Part shown: positions 10,222 through 18,379 of the stretch, one piece after another
How positions within the stretch are numbered: the stretch's first letter is position 1
How the letters are laid out: every line of letters begins with the position of its first letter
DNA from: Vicinamibacteria bacterium
GTDB lineage: Bacteria > Acidobacteriota > Vicinamibacteria > Vicinamibacterales > JAENWD01
Direction of reading: 5' to 3'
Assembly: GCA_963800785.1 (NCBI GenBank)
Contig: CAWDCH010000016.1
Location: 98,688-162,687 of the forward strand
DNA length: 64,000 nt
The notes under the pieces: model-generated
What the model was told of the DNA's origin: nothing
Databases searched by the model: none
The model's input: the letters and a program-made list of their open reading frames with translations, nothing else
Made by a program: the position numbers and the translations under genes

Positions 10222-10815
10222 AGGGAATCCCATCGCCAACCTGATCGTGCTCGCGACCGCGATCCTCGCATTCGGCAGCTGGCTTGCCGCCGGCGCAGTA
10301 ATGGCCATAGCGGTCTTCGCGATCGGCATATACGTCAGCCTCTCACCGCGGCTGCTCAAGGAATGGGAGCGAGGCGTGCTCCTGCGACTGGGCCGCTTCA
10401 AGCGGGTTCTTGGACCGGGTATCAACTGGACCTTCCCTGGCTTCGATCGACTGGTGGCGACCGTGGACATGCGCATCCGCTCGACGCCCTTCCAGGCCGA
10501 GAAGACGCTGACGAAGGACACGGTTCCCGTCAACGTCGATGCCGTGCTGTTCTGGGTGGTCACCGATGCCAAGAAGGCCGTCGTCGAAGTCGAGCACTAC
10601 GCCGCCACCGTGAGCTGGGCGGCTCAGACGACGCTCCGAGACGTGATTGGACACACCGAACTGGCGGGCATGATCTCGGACCGGGAGCAGGTCGATCGTC
10701 AGTTGCAGGAGATCATCGACGCGAAGACGAGCGACTGGGGGATCACGGTGCAGTCGGTCGAGATCCGCGACGTCAGGCTGCCCGGCATGCTCGAGGATGC
10801 GATGAGCCGCAAGGT
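10211..10815 (+). pseudogene. SPFH/band-7 (stomatin-like) protein, 3'-truncated
   Basis: The GTG at 10211 overlaps the GntR stop. A TM segment is followed by KEWERGVLLRLGRFKRVLGPGINW ... ITVQSVEIRDVRLP. Family similarity ends after LEDAMSRK (~10812), after which the frame reads Arg/Ala-rich nonsense to 11071. Confidence 0.55.
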
Positions 10816-10826
10816 CCCTGCTCCGC

Positions 10827-11390
10827 ATGGTCAGCCAGCAATCCTTGAAATCGCGCCGGCTCGAGTTCGAGGGTCGGTCGCTCGAGGGCGCCGCGCTCTT
10901 CCCGATGTTCGACGACGAGGGGCGGACGCGGATGGTGATGATCACTGCCGAGGAGAACGGGCGCATCATGCTGGCCGACTGGGCGCCTGGCCTGTTCGCG
11001 CGCGACTGGGCGCGGCGAAATCGCCTGCGCCTGCGATTCGCCGATCTCAACGACGCGTCGACGTGGGATGAGGCACGCGTCGCGGATCTGTGGCACTTCG
11101 ATCCCTGGTGGGTGCTCGGCGACCAGCGGTATCAGGGCCACGGGTCCGTGCCCACCCTGCGGAGCACGAACATCCCAGGCTACGATTCGACAGTGTCCGG
11201 AATCGTATTTGACCCAGACCTGGGACGCGCATCGTACGTGGTGAGGAGGTCCGGCGAGTCGGTGCGCGTACGGCGCTTCACTCCGGAGACGCTGGCGGCC
11301 ATTGCCCGTCGCCGTCGCGCGGCGCAGGAGCGGCCACGCGCCGCTGTCGTGGCCGGGTGGCAGCTGCGGCCGTTCTGGCGCTCAATGTGA
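10827..11390 (+). CDS. hypothetical protein
   Basis: The 187-aa ORF has protein-like composition (MVMITAEENGRIMLADWAPGLFARDW). It overlaps the nonsense tail of the SPFH frame. No family recognised. Confidence 0.45.
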   Translation: MVSQQSLKSRRLEFEGRSLEGAALFPMFDDEGRTRMVMITAEENGRIMLADWAPGLFARDWARRNRLRLRFADLNDASTWDEARVADLWHFDPWWVLGDQRYQGHGSVPTLRSTNIPGYDSTVSGIVFDPDLGRASYVVRRSGESVRVRRFTPETLAAIARRRRAAQERPRAAVVAGWQLRPFWRSM

Positions 11391-11645
11391 CCACGCGCGG
11401 GTCTAACGCTGATGGGTACATCGCCGCCTCCACCGACGCCAGCAGTTACACGACGGCGCACGGACGCGTCCGTCGCGAACTAGCCAACGACCACAGTCGC
11501 CAACTCTTCCTGCGGCGCGTCATGATCCAACATGCGCTCAACCATCATCGAATCCGACGACGATCCGCTCCACCAAGTCGAGCAGCGCGCCGACCATTTC
11601 GCTCGTTCGAGTGACAGCCGCGATCAACTCCGCGCGTTCGTCCGC

Positions 11646-11837
11646 CTATACGCTCACCGCATCAGCTACGCGGACGGCTCGCAGACGATCGAGTTGCCGC
11701 GCAATCGACCGGCCGAGTAGACAACTACATGGTTCGTCTGGGTCGCCACAGTCGTCGTGGCGCATGGGCAAATCTGGATGTGCCTCGCAGCGCCATCCTG
11801 AGTCGGCGCAGTACGGGCAACGCGCCTTCGCAGTCAC
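11646..11837 (-). CDS. small Cys/His-rich (putative metal-binding) protein
   Basis: The translation is CPYCADSGWRCEAHPDLPMRHDDCGDPDEPCSC. It lies immediately downstream of the RHH gene on the same strand. Confidence 0.45.
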   Translation of the reverse strand: MTAKARCPYCADSGWRCEAHPDLPMRHDDCGDPDEPCSCLLGRSIARQLDRLRAVRVADAVSV

Positions 11838-11861
11838 GGTCGATACGTCTCCAGTCGCCGC

Positions 11862-12056
11862 TTAGGGGCGCTTGCGCGTTGCGGCCCGCTTCCGCCCCGT
11901 TTCTATTTTGACGCCACGCTCCTCTAGCCATCTGCGCAGAGACCGTCTCACCTGTTCTGAGAGCGGGATGCCGTCGCGATCCTTCACAGCCTGAAGTCCA
12001 GCAAGGATCTCAGGGTCGATCCGGAACGCGGTCTGCTTCTTCTGACTTGGCGTCAT
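11862..12056 (-). CDS. ribbon-helix-helix (CopG/Arc-like) DNA-binding protein with basic tail
   Basis: The 64-aa ORF reads FRIDPEILAGLQAVKDRDGIPLSEQVRRSLRRWLEERG. It is a paralog of ORF 43339-43551. Confidence 0.65.
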   Translation of the reverse strand: MTPSQKKQTAFRIDPEILAGLQAVKDRDGIPLSEQVRRSLRRWLEERGVKIETGRKRAATRKRP

Positions 12057-12260
12057 TGAATGCGATGTAGAACACCTTCATGCTGACGCCGTCAAGCCGA
12101 CCGCCGTCTCCGGTAGTTGTGTATGAACACAGCGTTTGCCCGCCCGTCCACCCGTAATCGTGCTAGAGTCAGTTGTTCTCGCTTTCCCCTCGGGCTCTGC
12201 CCGCCTTCGGCGGGTCTGACGAGCAGTGCCTCCGCTGAAAGCCCACGCGCTGGAGGTACT

Positions 12261-12608
12261 ATGCCGAGCCCCTTCTGTATCGCTTCGGAATCGGTGCCCC
12301 TCCCACCCACCGCCGACGGCATGGTGTTCGTGCCTAGGTGCCCGACCTGTGGCGGGTTCGAAGACGCTGCGCCAGTGGAAGTCACGGAAGTGGATCCTGG
12401 CGTCCACTATTGGTCCTGTACGAAGTGCCAACTGATCTGGGGAACGCGCGGAATAGTGACGGCGCGCGACCCGTATCGTCGGCGATGCCCGAACTGCTGG
12501 CAACCGGGGCGTTTCGACAGCGCCGATCCTGCATGGGACCACCATTTCATCTGTGTGGCGTGCGGCGGGCACTGGACGCTTCGCGCTCAGTACGCGCTGA
12601 CCGCATAG
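12261..12608 (+). CDS. small protein with two zinc-ribbon modules
   Basis: The internal ATG is preceded by GGAGG. Module 1 is CPTCGG...WSCTKCQLIW and module 2 is CPNCWQ...FICVACGGHW. Confidence 0.5.
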   Translation: MPSPFCIASESVPLPPTADGMVFVPRCPTCGGFEDAAPVEVTEVDPGVHYWSCTKCQLIWGTRGIVTARDPYRRRCPNCWQPGRFDSADPAWDHHFICVACGGHWTLRAQYALTA

Positions 12609-12624
12609 CGCAGAGGAACCATCG

Positions 12625-12741
12625 ATGGCAGAGTACCTGTGGATCGGTCTGTCCGGCGCGCTGCTTATCGCAACGGTCATCGCCTTGAGCTATTTCACGC
12701 GCCCACGGCTGCGGCAGGCCGACGTGAGGCGTGCGCCATGA
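12625..12741 (+). CDS. 38-aa single-TM micropeptide (not in ORF track)
   Basis: The ATG is preceded by GAGGA. The translation is MAEYLWIGLSGALLIATVIALSYFTRPRLRQADVRRAP. Its stop overlaps the next start (ATGA). Confidence 0.35.
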   Translation: MAEYLWIGLSGALLIATVIALSYFTRPRLRQADVRRAP

Positions 12742-12935
12742 ACCCACTATTCGGCTCAGAGCAGCCAGGATCGCGACCCGACGCGTGCCCGTTCTGCCGC
12801 TCGAAGGCGATTGGGACGCTCGCGAAGGTGATCACAACCAGGACGTATTGGCGCTGCGAAGTATGTGGCGAGATTTGGAATGTTGTAAACCTTAGAGATA
12901 CATACCCGGTAGCTTACCGTCGGGCTCGTTGCTAA
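12738..12935 (+). CDS. small zinc-ribbon protein
   Basis: The translation is MNPLF...CPFCRSKAIG...YWRCEVCGEIW, the same module type as ORF 12261-12608. It is translationally coupled to the preceding micropeptide. Confidence 0.5.
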   Translation: MNPLFGSEQPGSRPDACPFCRSKAIGTLAKVITTRTYWRCEVCGEIWNVVNLRDTYPVAYRRARC

Positions 12936-12970
12936 CACTGTCCCTTGCACGGAACTGCGGTGGAGGAGTC

Positions 12971-13042
12971 ATGCTCGAACGGTTACTGATGCTCAGCTCT
13001 GTGGCGCTCATCGCGTTGGGCATTGTCATCGCGTTGTTCTGA
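12971..13042 (+). CDS. 23-aa hydrophobic micropeptide (not in ORF track)
   Basis: A strong GGAGGAG lies 3 nt upstream of the ATG. The translation is MLERLLMLSSVALIALGIVIALF. Confidence 0.3.
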   Translation: MLERLLMLSSVALIALGIVIALF

Positions 13043-13095
13043 CACCCAAGCACGGAACGCGCTACCCTGCGAGATTTTCCGCTTCTTGGCCATCT

Positions 13096-13257
13096 ATGCA
13101 CCCACACGACGCACGGCACTGTCACCGCTGCGCAGGCGTGCTCGCCCAAGACCGTGAGACGGTCCCGTATGTGGGCTGTCCCTACCAAGAATTCAATCGT
13201 GGGCAAACGGCAGGCCTGGAGGAGACAGGCATTGGTTGCCGCCAGTGCCCGCTGTAG
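13096..13257 (+). CDS. 53-aa CxxC...CxxC small protein (not in ORF track)
   Basis: The translation is MHPHDARHCHRCAG...VGCPYQEF...GCRQCPL. There is no obvious SD, so support is weak. Confidence 0.25.
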   Translation: MHPHDARHCHRCAGVLAQDRETVPYVGCPYQEFNRGQTAGLEETGIGCRQCPL

Positions 13258-13347
13258 ACCATCCAGACCGTCATGGCGGACAGAAACGGGATAATGAACG
13301 TCCAGCTCCCGCCGAACGACGCCACGCGGTAGGCCAGGCGCTCGCCT

Positions 13348-14172
13348 CTAGGGGCTCAGAAAGCTCCGAGAGTTTTCCCTGGTCATGCGGACATTCACGA
13401 CCTCGCCGATCTTGCCCAGTGAACGAACGGGAGCCCCGTTGAGGAACATCGTGAGAGCCCCGGCACTTCCCAGCTCGAGACTAATCCCATCGTGTGCCCG
13501 GATGGTCTCTTGGTCGCCTGCAAGCATCAGGCGGTACGCGACGCGTTGTCCGTCTGCAGACGCTGCGAGCCAGCATTCCTTGTCGGCACGAATTTGAAGC
13601 GTCAGCGTCGTGAACCCCATTGCGGCGTCGACCGCGGAATTCGAGGAAGTCTCTGCGTCTGCACCGGCCAACGCAGGCTCGCTCAGGGGCTCTTTGGTTC
13701 CGGCGGTGGCAACGGAGGGTTTGGAAGAATCCAGCGGCGGTGCGGGAATCGATGTCCTACTCGCACGTCCGAACCACAACACACAGAGGATCATCGCGAC
13801 TGCGGCGACACCGGCTCCGAGGAGCACACGCGCACGTGACGCTCGCTGCCCTTCGGCGCGTCCCTGCCCAGCCCCGCCCTCTTGAGCCTGCCTGGCGCCG
13901 CCCGTCGAACCGAGCTGGATTTCGGCCTCCTGTGCGAGGCACTCACGGACGATCTCTTCCGGATTCAGGCCGACGGCCGCCGCGTAAGCTCGGAGGAAGC
14001 CCCGCGTGTAGAAGTCTCCCGAGATCGTCAAGGGTTCGTTGTTCTCGAGTGCCTTGAGGAGGGCCACCCGGATCTTGGTGATCTGCGAAAGATCTGAAAG
14101 GGAGAGATCGCGCTCTTCGCGTGCCCGTCGTAGTTGCGCGCCGACATCCATGATGCGCCTCGTAAGCCGCAT
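13348..14172 (-). CDS. RodZ-like protein (XRE-type HTH + TM + DUF4115-like C-terminal domain)
   Basis: N-terminal HTH (LSLSDLSQITKIRVALLKALE, FYTRGFLRAYA), a central TM segment (LLGAGVAAVAMILCVLWF), and a C-terminal beta-rich domain ending VNVRMT. Confidence 0.7.
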   Translation of the reverse strand: MRLTRRIMDVGAQLRRAREERDLSLSDLSQITKIRVALLKALENNEPLTISGDFYTRGFLRAYAAAVGLNPEEIVRECLAQEAEIQLGSTGGARQAQEGGAGQGRAEGQRASRARVLLGAGVAAVAMILCVLWFGRASRTSIPAPPLDSSKPSVATAGTKEPLSEPALAGADAETSSNSAVDAAMGFTTLTLQIRADKECWLAASADGQRVAYRLMLAGDQETIRAHDGISLELGSAGALTMFLNGAPVRSLGKIGEVVNVRMTRENSRSFLSP

Positions 14173-14310
14173 TGTGTTGTCCGCACATCCAGTTTACTAC
14201 CGCAAGGACGGCGGTCGTTGCTACGTACCGTGCGAGCCCAGACGAATAGCCGTCGGGCGTAGTGTCCCAGAACTCGGCCGACGCGTCGCCCGAAGCGTAG
14301 TACTTCATCA

Positions 14311-15430
14311 GTGGAGGAGACTTTCGCCGCCGTGGTTGTTGCCCTCGCTCCGTTGTTCTTCGCCGCCCTCGCCAGCTGGCTCAAGCGGCAGCAGCAAGAG
14401 GTGATCGCGTATCTGGTGGAAGAGCATCGAGTCTTGCGGGCTGCGCGGCCGACGGCTGCGGCTCACGGATGATCAACGGCGCCGGCGGGCGGCGCGTGGA
14501 CAGTGTCTCGGGCGCGCCGCCTTGCGCCAGGTGGCCACGATTGTGACGCCGGACACGCTTCTGCGGTGGCATCGGCACCTCATCGCACGGAAGTGGACCT
14601 ACGCCCACAGGCGGCCCGGACGCCCGGGGTGATCCGGGAGATTCGGCGAGTGGTCGCGCGGAAGGCCGAAGAGAGTCCCACATGTGGCTATACCCGGAGC
14701 CGCGGTGCCCTGAAGAACGTGGGCCATCGCGTCGGTCGCTCGACGATCGCGCGGATCCTCAAGGTGCACGGGCTGCCGACGGTGCCGGAGCGGCCGACCT
14801 CGTGGCAGACATTTATTCGCGCGCATTGGGGCGCGATCGCCGGGGCCGATTTCTTCACGACCGAGGTCTGGACCTGGCGCGGATTGGTCACGTACTACAC
14901 GGTGTTTGTGATCGATCTTGCATCCCGCCGCGTCCAGATCGTCGGGTCTACGCCGCATCCCGGTGAGCTGTTCATGTGCCACGTCGGTCGATCGTTGACG
15001 GCCGCTGAGGTCGGGTTGCTACGAAACCACCGCGTGTTGATCTGCGATCGGGATCGGAAATGGAGTGGGGAGGTGGGGCGGCTGCGACACGAGGCCGGCC
15101 TTCGAGTCGTACAGACACCGCTCCGAGCACCGAATGCGAATGCGTACGCAGAACGCTTCGTGCGATCGATTAAAGAGGAGTGCCTCGATCGGATCATTCC
15201 GATTGGCGAGCGCCACTTTCGACGAGCCGTCTCGGATTTCGTGGCTCACTATCATCGTGAGCGGAACCATCAGGGGCTGGGGAATCGGCTGATCGAGAGT
15301 GCTGGACGTGTGCAAGCCGAGGGTCGGATCCGTCGGCGTGCCCGGCTCGGGCGGTCTGTTGAATTACTACGAACGGGCGCATGACGGCAACGCTCATCAA
15401 CGTGCACGGTTCGGCCGAGTGAAGGGACAT
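14311..15430 (+). pseudogene. DDE (rve/integrase-core) transposase with at least three frameshifts
   Basis: Frame 0 reads [24 protein letters not shown] and then stops at 14470. Frame +1 reads [13 protein letters not shown]...[25 protein letters not shown]. The sequence returns to frame 0 for the catalytic core (ORF 14503-15384, ending HYHRERNHQGLGNRLI). The C-terminal GGLLNYYER lies in yet another frame. Confidence 0.75.
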
Positions 15431-15434
15431 TACG

Positions 15435-15488
15435 GCCGCGGAGGATCGCCTGCCGCGACTGCTCGCCGTACACAATCTGTTTGGCCAT
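15435..15488 (-). pseudogene. groEL: groEL 5' remnant (first 18 codons only)
   Basis: The translation [18 protein letters not shown] lies 54 nt downstream of the groES stop with an AGGAG SD. Similarity to GroEL ends at ~15434, where the transposase remnant abuts. Confidence 0.7.
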
Positions 15489-15542
15489 TGCGCTTTTGCT
15501 CCTGATGCTTCAAAGATGCGGTGGGCCTGCCGGAGCAGAGCC

Positions 15543-15869
15543 CTACTTCTTCGTCTTCGTCGTCTTTTTCTTGATGTCGCCTTCTTCGACCACCGCCAGG
15601 ACGTCGTCTTCACGCATGATGAGGTATTCGTTCCCATCGAGCTTGATCTCCTGGCCGGAGTACTTGCCGAACAGAATGCTGTCGCCCGGCTTCACGTCGA
15701 GCAGGACGCGCTTGCCATCGTCTTTGGACTTGCCATTACCCGCGGCGATGACTTTGCCCTGTTGCGGCTTTTCCTTCGCGCTGTCGGGGATAATGATTCC
15801 GCCGACTTTCTGTTCGCCTTCGTTGATGCGCTGAACAACGATGCGGTCGTGTAGGGGTCTGATAGTCAT
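15543..15869 (-). CDS. groES: co-chaperonin GroES with Lys-rich C-terminal extension
   Basis: The translation reads [42 protein letters not shown]...[14 protein letters not shown]. An extra tail [13 protein letters not shown] follows. Confidence 0.9.
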   Translation of the reverse strand: MTIRPLHDRIVVQRINEGEQKVGGIIIPDSAKEKPQQGKVIAAGNGKSKDDGKRVLLDVKPGDSILFGKYSGQEIKLDGNEYLIMREDDVLAVVEEGDIKKKTTKTKK

Positions 15870-15925
15870 AGATGTCGACTCCAGCGTGGCGCGAATGCGT
15901 GAATCAGCTCGGACGTGTCATAAAC

Positions 15926-16438
15926 TCACAGCATCGGGGGCCGCCCTCGAGCGCGCCCTCGTAAGCCGTCTCGTAGGCCCAGCCCGCGCGATGCCTGCCC
16001 GGGTGACCTGTTGCCGAGATCGGACGGCACCATCCTGCGATCGTCCGATGCTGCGCGCGTTCGTCGTTGGATCGCCGCCGGAACGCCCCTGACATGCCAA
16101 AATCGCGCGCCTGCGCTGACGACGATCCCCAGCACTCTGCGCATGACAACCGCGATCCATGAATCCACATCGATCGAAGGCAGCACTGCGACAGCTGTTC
16201 CTTGAGGGGTGTATGTGTGCGGCACCGGGCCCAGGACGGCGGATACCATCAACGCGAGCAGCGCCGATACCGCCAACGCGAGGCCCAGCAACTGCAGGAG
16301 ACCGGTCGTCGCCCCAAACGGTGGGGCCAACAAGGCGATCAAAGCGAACAGGATCATCCATACCGGAACGACGACCGCGCGCGCGCGAACAACACAGACA
16401 TGGCGGTCACCTTTTTCTTTCAACCACGGTGCTTTCAT
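15926..16438 (-). CDS. small 2-TM membrane protein, diverged paralog of the RMDSDKG family (3' extent uncertain)
   Basis: Its ATG overlaps the stop of ORF 16435-16719 (GGATGA). It has two hydrophobic segments. The tail AIQRRTRAASDDRRM resembles DIQRMWHRGRDDRAA of its neighbour. The long Arg-rich 3' part looks non-coding. Confidence 0.4.
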   Translation of the reverse strand: MKAPWLKEKGDRHVCVVRARAVVVPVWMILFALIALLAPPFGATTGLLQLLGLALAVSALLALMVSAVLGPVPHTYTPQGTAVAVLPSIDVDSWIAVVMRRVLGIVVSAGARFWHVRGVPAAIQRRTRAASDDRRMVPSDLGNRSPGQASRGLGLRDGLRGRARGRPPML

Positions 16439-16719
16439 CCCTTGTCACTGTCCATCCGCATGAGGTCCTGTGCATCGCCGTCAAGACCGAGCGCCGCTCG
16501 ATCGTCGCGCCCTCGGTGCCACATTCGCTGGATGTCCATCGCCCCGGCGCCGTTCAATCCCCTCTGCAGCACGAAGGTGATGATGACGGCCGAAGCGGCG
16601 ATCACGGCACCCAGGAGCAGGACGCCCTTAGGGACAATCGGCGGCGACGACAACGCCACCAGTCCCACGACAACGAACCATGTCGGAACGACGCACATCC
16701 GGCTGAGCAGAATCGACAT
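16435..16719 (-). CDS. small 2-TM membrane protein with conserved C-terminal DLMRMDSDKG tail
   Basis: The 94-aa ORF has two hydrophobic segments. Its C-terminal seven residues are identical to those of ORF 23108-23362, despite synonymous nucleotide differences. Confidence 0.55.
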   Translation of the reverse strand: MSILLSRMCVVPTWFVVVGLVALSSPPIVPKGVLLLGAVIAASAVIITFVLQRGLNGAGAMDIQRMWHRGRDDRAALGLDGDAQDLMRMDSDKG

Positions 16720-16829
16720 ACGGCTCCCATCCGATTCGTGATTTCAATCAGCAGCCGCACCAGCAGTGCCACGGGCGCGCCAACCAGGAGAATCACGAGC
16801 GGGAACAGCCAGATCACAAGCAGCAACAT
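16602..16829 (-). CDS. possible small membrane protein (overlaps next ORF; boundaries unclear)
   Basis: The translation MLLLVIWLFPLVILLVGAPVALLVRLLIEITNRMG is strongly hydrophobic. The frame then runs into ORF 16435-16719 without a stop, so a frameshift or gene overlap is possible. Confidence 0.25.
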   Translation of the reverse strand: MLLLVIWLFPLVILLVGAPVALLVRLLIEITNRMGAVCRFCSAGCASFRHGSLSWDWWRCRRRRLSLRASCSWVP

Positions 16830-17039
16830 CAGCGCATCATCGAGCAGCCCCAGGAGCTTGTGGAAAGGACTCCTTGCGTTGCCGCGTTCAGCCCGTCCGC
16901 CGACGCGCGTCTTGTGACCAATTGGCGTCTCCGCCGTCGCACTGCCCAGCGTCCGTACGAGGCGGCGCTCGATGTGGTCACGATGGCTCTTCCACCGTGT
17001 GCACGGGATTGGTCGCTGACTTCGCGTCTCTGGATTTAC

Positions 17040-17327
17040 TCATGACGTCATCTCGGCACCCTCTCGCCCTCTGGAGGGCGGATCGCGGCGAAAGGTTTCG
17101 AGGTATTCAAGCGTCGCCGTCTCATCAGAGGTGTACCAGAGATTGCCGCCTCGGCCGCTAGCGAGCCTGGCGCCTCTCGCCACGGCATACTGGACATTCC
17201 AATCGTTTCCTCGATACGTGAGCGACAACCGATCGCTTGGATCGGGGGTGACGATCCAGAGTAAGTGCCCGTCCTGAAACTTCGAGACGACCACATCATC
17301 GACGTCGAGCGCACTTCTGGCCGCCAT
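17040..17327 (-). CDS. hypothetical protein
   Basis: A 95-aa ORF with ordinary composition (FQDGHLLWIVTPDPSDRLSLTYRGNDWNVQY). No family recognised. Confidence 0.4.
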   Translation of the reverse strand: MAARSALDVDDVVVSKFQDGHLLWIVTPDPSDRLSLTYRGNDWNVQYAVARGARLASGRGGNLWYTSDETATLEYLETFRRDPPSRGREGAEMTS

Positions 17328-17360
17328 GTATTTCTCCTTTGCCCCACGCGTCGCCCCCGC

Positions 17361-17395
17361 GCAAAAAGAGAGGCGGGGTTGCTCGACCCCGCCTC
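17361..17395 (-). terminator. intrinsic terminator downstream of hsp20
   Basis: On the minus strand, GAGGCGGGG-tcgagcaa-CCCCGCCTC is followed by TCTTTTTG. It lies 12 nt after the hsp20 stop. Confidence 0.7.
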
Positions 17396-17406
17396 GCTGC
17401 AGTGAC

Positions 17407-17853
17407 TTACGCGGCTACTGCGACCTTGATCTTGTTCGGCTTGGCTTCCTCGCGCAGCGGCAGCCGGACCGTCAGCACGCCGGACTTGTACTCGGCGCTG
17501 ACCTTGCCAGCGTCGACCGTCGGCGGCAGCGCGAACGTCCGCGCGAACGAGCCATAACTGCGCTCGATGCGATGGAACTGCTCCTCCGTGACTTCCGTGT
17601 CGAGCTTCTTCTCGCCACGCAGCGTGAGTGTGTTGTCTTCAACCGTCAGCTCGATCTCCTCCTCCTTCATGTCGGGCAGCTCGGCTTTCAGCACGAGCTC
17701 ATGCTGGCCGTTGCTGTAAATGTCGACCACCGGCACCCACGCGCCGCGGTTGAGGTCTTCCTGAGGACGGGCGTAGAAGCCCGCGAGCATCCGGCTCAGC
17801 TGCTCCTCGCGCGCAGCCAAGTCACGGAACGCATCCCAACGAACAATAGTCAT
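17407..17853 (-). CDS. Hsp20/alpha-crystallin small heat-shock protein
   Basis: The alpha-crystallin domain is visible: PVVDIYSNGQHELVLKAELPDMKEEEIELTVEDNTLTLRGEKK...FARTFALPPTVD...GVLTVRLP. Confidence 0.9.
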   Translation of the reverse strand: MTIVRWDAFRDLAAREEQLSRMLAGFYARPQEDLNRGAWVPVVDIYSNGQHELVLKAELPDMKEEEIELTVEDNTLTLRGEKKLDTEVTEEQFHRIERSYGSFARTFALPPTVDAGKVSAEYKSGVLTVRLPLREEAKPNKIKVAVAA

Positions 17854-17956
17854 GATGATTCTCCTCTCCTGCGGTCATTACAGTTGCGGCGGGACTTCCC
17901 CACCGAACTCACGGGGCGGCCGTGGCCGCCCCATCGGACGAACCGACGTATCAGCT

Positions 17957-18277
17957 TCAGGCACTCGCGCGAGCGGCGATCTTGTGAAAGGTCGAGTTGG
18001 ACACCTCATACGTCTGCACCTGAGGCGTGCCCTCCACCACCGGCTCCAGTGCCTTCAGCACACCGGAATACGCGCTCCGGGCATAGGTCTCCGCGTTTTC
18101 TTTCAGGTCCCACACGCTGATACCGACCGCCTCCGCTCCGCCGGCGGCGACGAGCGAGATTTCGTCCTGGAAGCCCTTCTGCTTTCTGAGCACGGGGATA
18201 ATGTCCTGGTCGAGGAGCCGGGTGAACTCTCCTGCACGACCGGGCTTGAGATGGAAGGAAACGGTGCGAGCAAACAT
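17957..18277 (-). CDS. ABM/Dabb-like (ferredoxin-fold monooxygenase-like) small protein
   Basis: The 106-aa ORF reads MFARTVSFHLKPGRAGEF...ISVWDLKENAETY, consistent with ABM-type domains. It lies upstream of hsp20 on the same strand. Confidence 0.6.
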   Translation of the reverse strand: MFARTVSFHLKPGRAGEFTRLLDQDIIPVLRKQKGFQDEISLVAAGGAEAVGISVWDLKENAETYARSAYSGVLKALEPVVEGTPQVQTYEVSNSTFHKIAARASA

Positions 18278-18379
18278 GTCAACCTCCTGGTTGGCGTGCC
18301 TAAGAGGAGGGACCAGATAACCTGACTTAGTTCAGAGCATCTGAAGGATCGAGGGGGGTAGGCTGCAATCCTGTTAACC
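18278..18379 (-). promoter_or_regulatory. structured 5' UTR, candidate SD-sequestering RNA thermometer
   Basis: In the minus-strand RNA, hairpin I is CAGAUGCUCUGA-loop-UCAGGUUAUCUG (18314-18343). Hairpin II pairs CCUCCU (18305-18310) with the SD AGGAGG (18283-18288) across a 16-nt loop. Confidence 0.4.

Noticed and set aside
13235-13340. DUF1003-like fragment on the minus strand (LAYRVASFGGSWTFIIPFLSAMTVWMVY)
   Set aside because: It is convincing as a ~28-residue scrap, but it has no start and diverges immediately afterwards. It is probably a relic marking a rearrangement joint, and it is too short to annotate as a feature.
15870-16000. CIRCE (HrcA) operator or sigma32-type promoter upstream of groES, and likewise upstream of groEL at 21020-21079
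   Set aside because: No TTAGCACTC-N9-GAGTGCTAA-like inverted repeat is present. CTTACGA...CCCCGATGC upstream of groES and TTGACT...GGAGAC upstream of groEL have the wrong spacing or hexamers for a confident call.
17381-17395. 11-nt match (TCGACCCCGCC) to the 3' end of tRNA-Asp as a possible distal att site
   Set aside because: It forms the descending stem of the hsp20 intrinsic terminator hairpin. It lies on the wrong side of the tRNA and far from it. The match is too short in a GC-rich genome.
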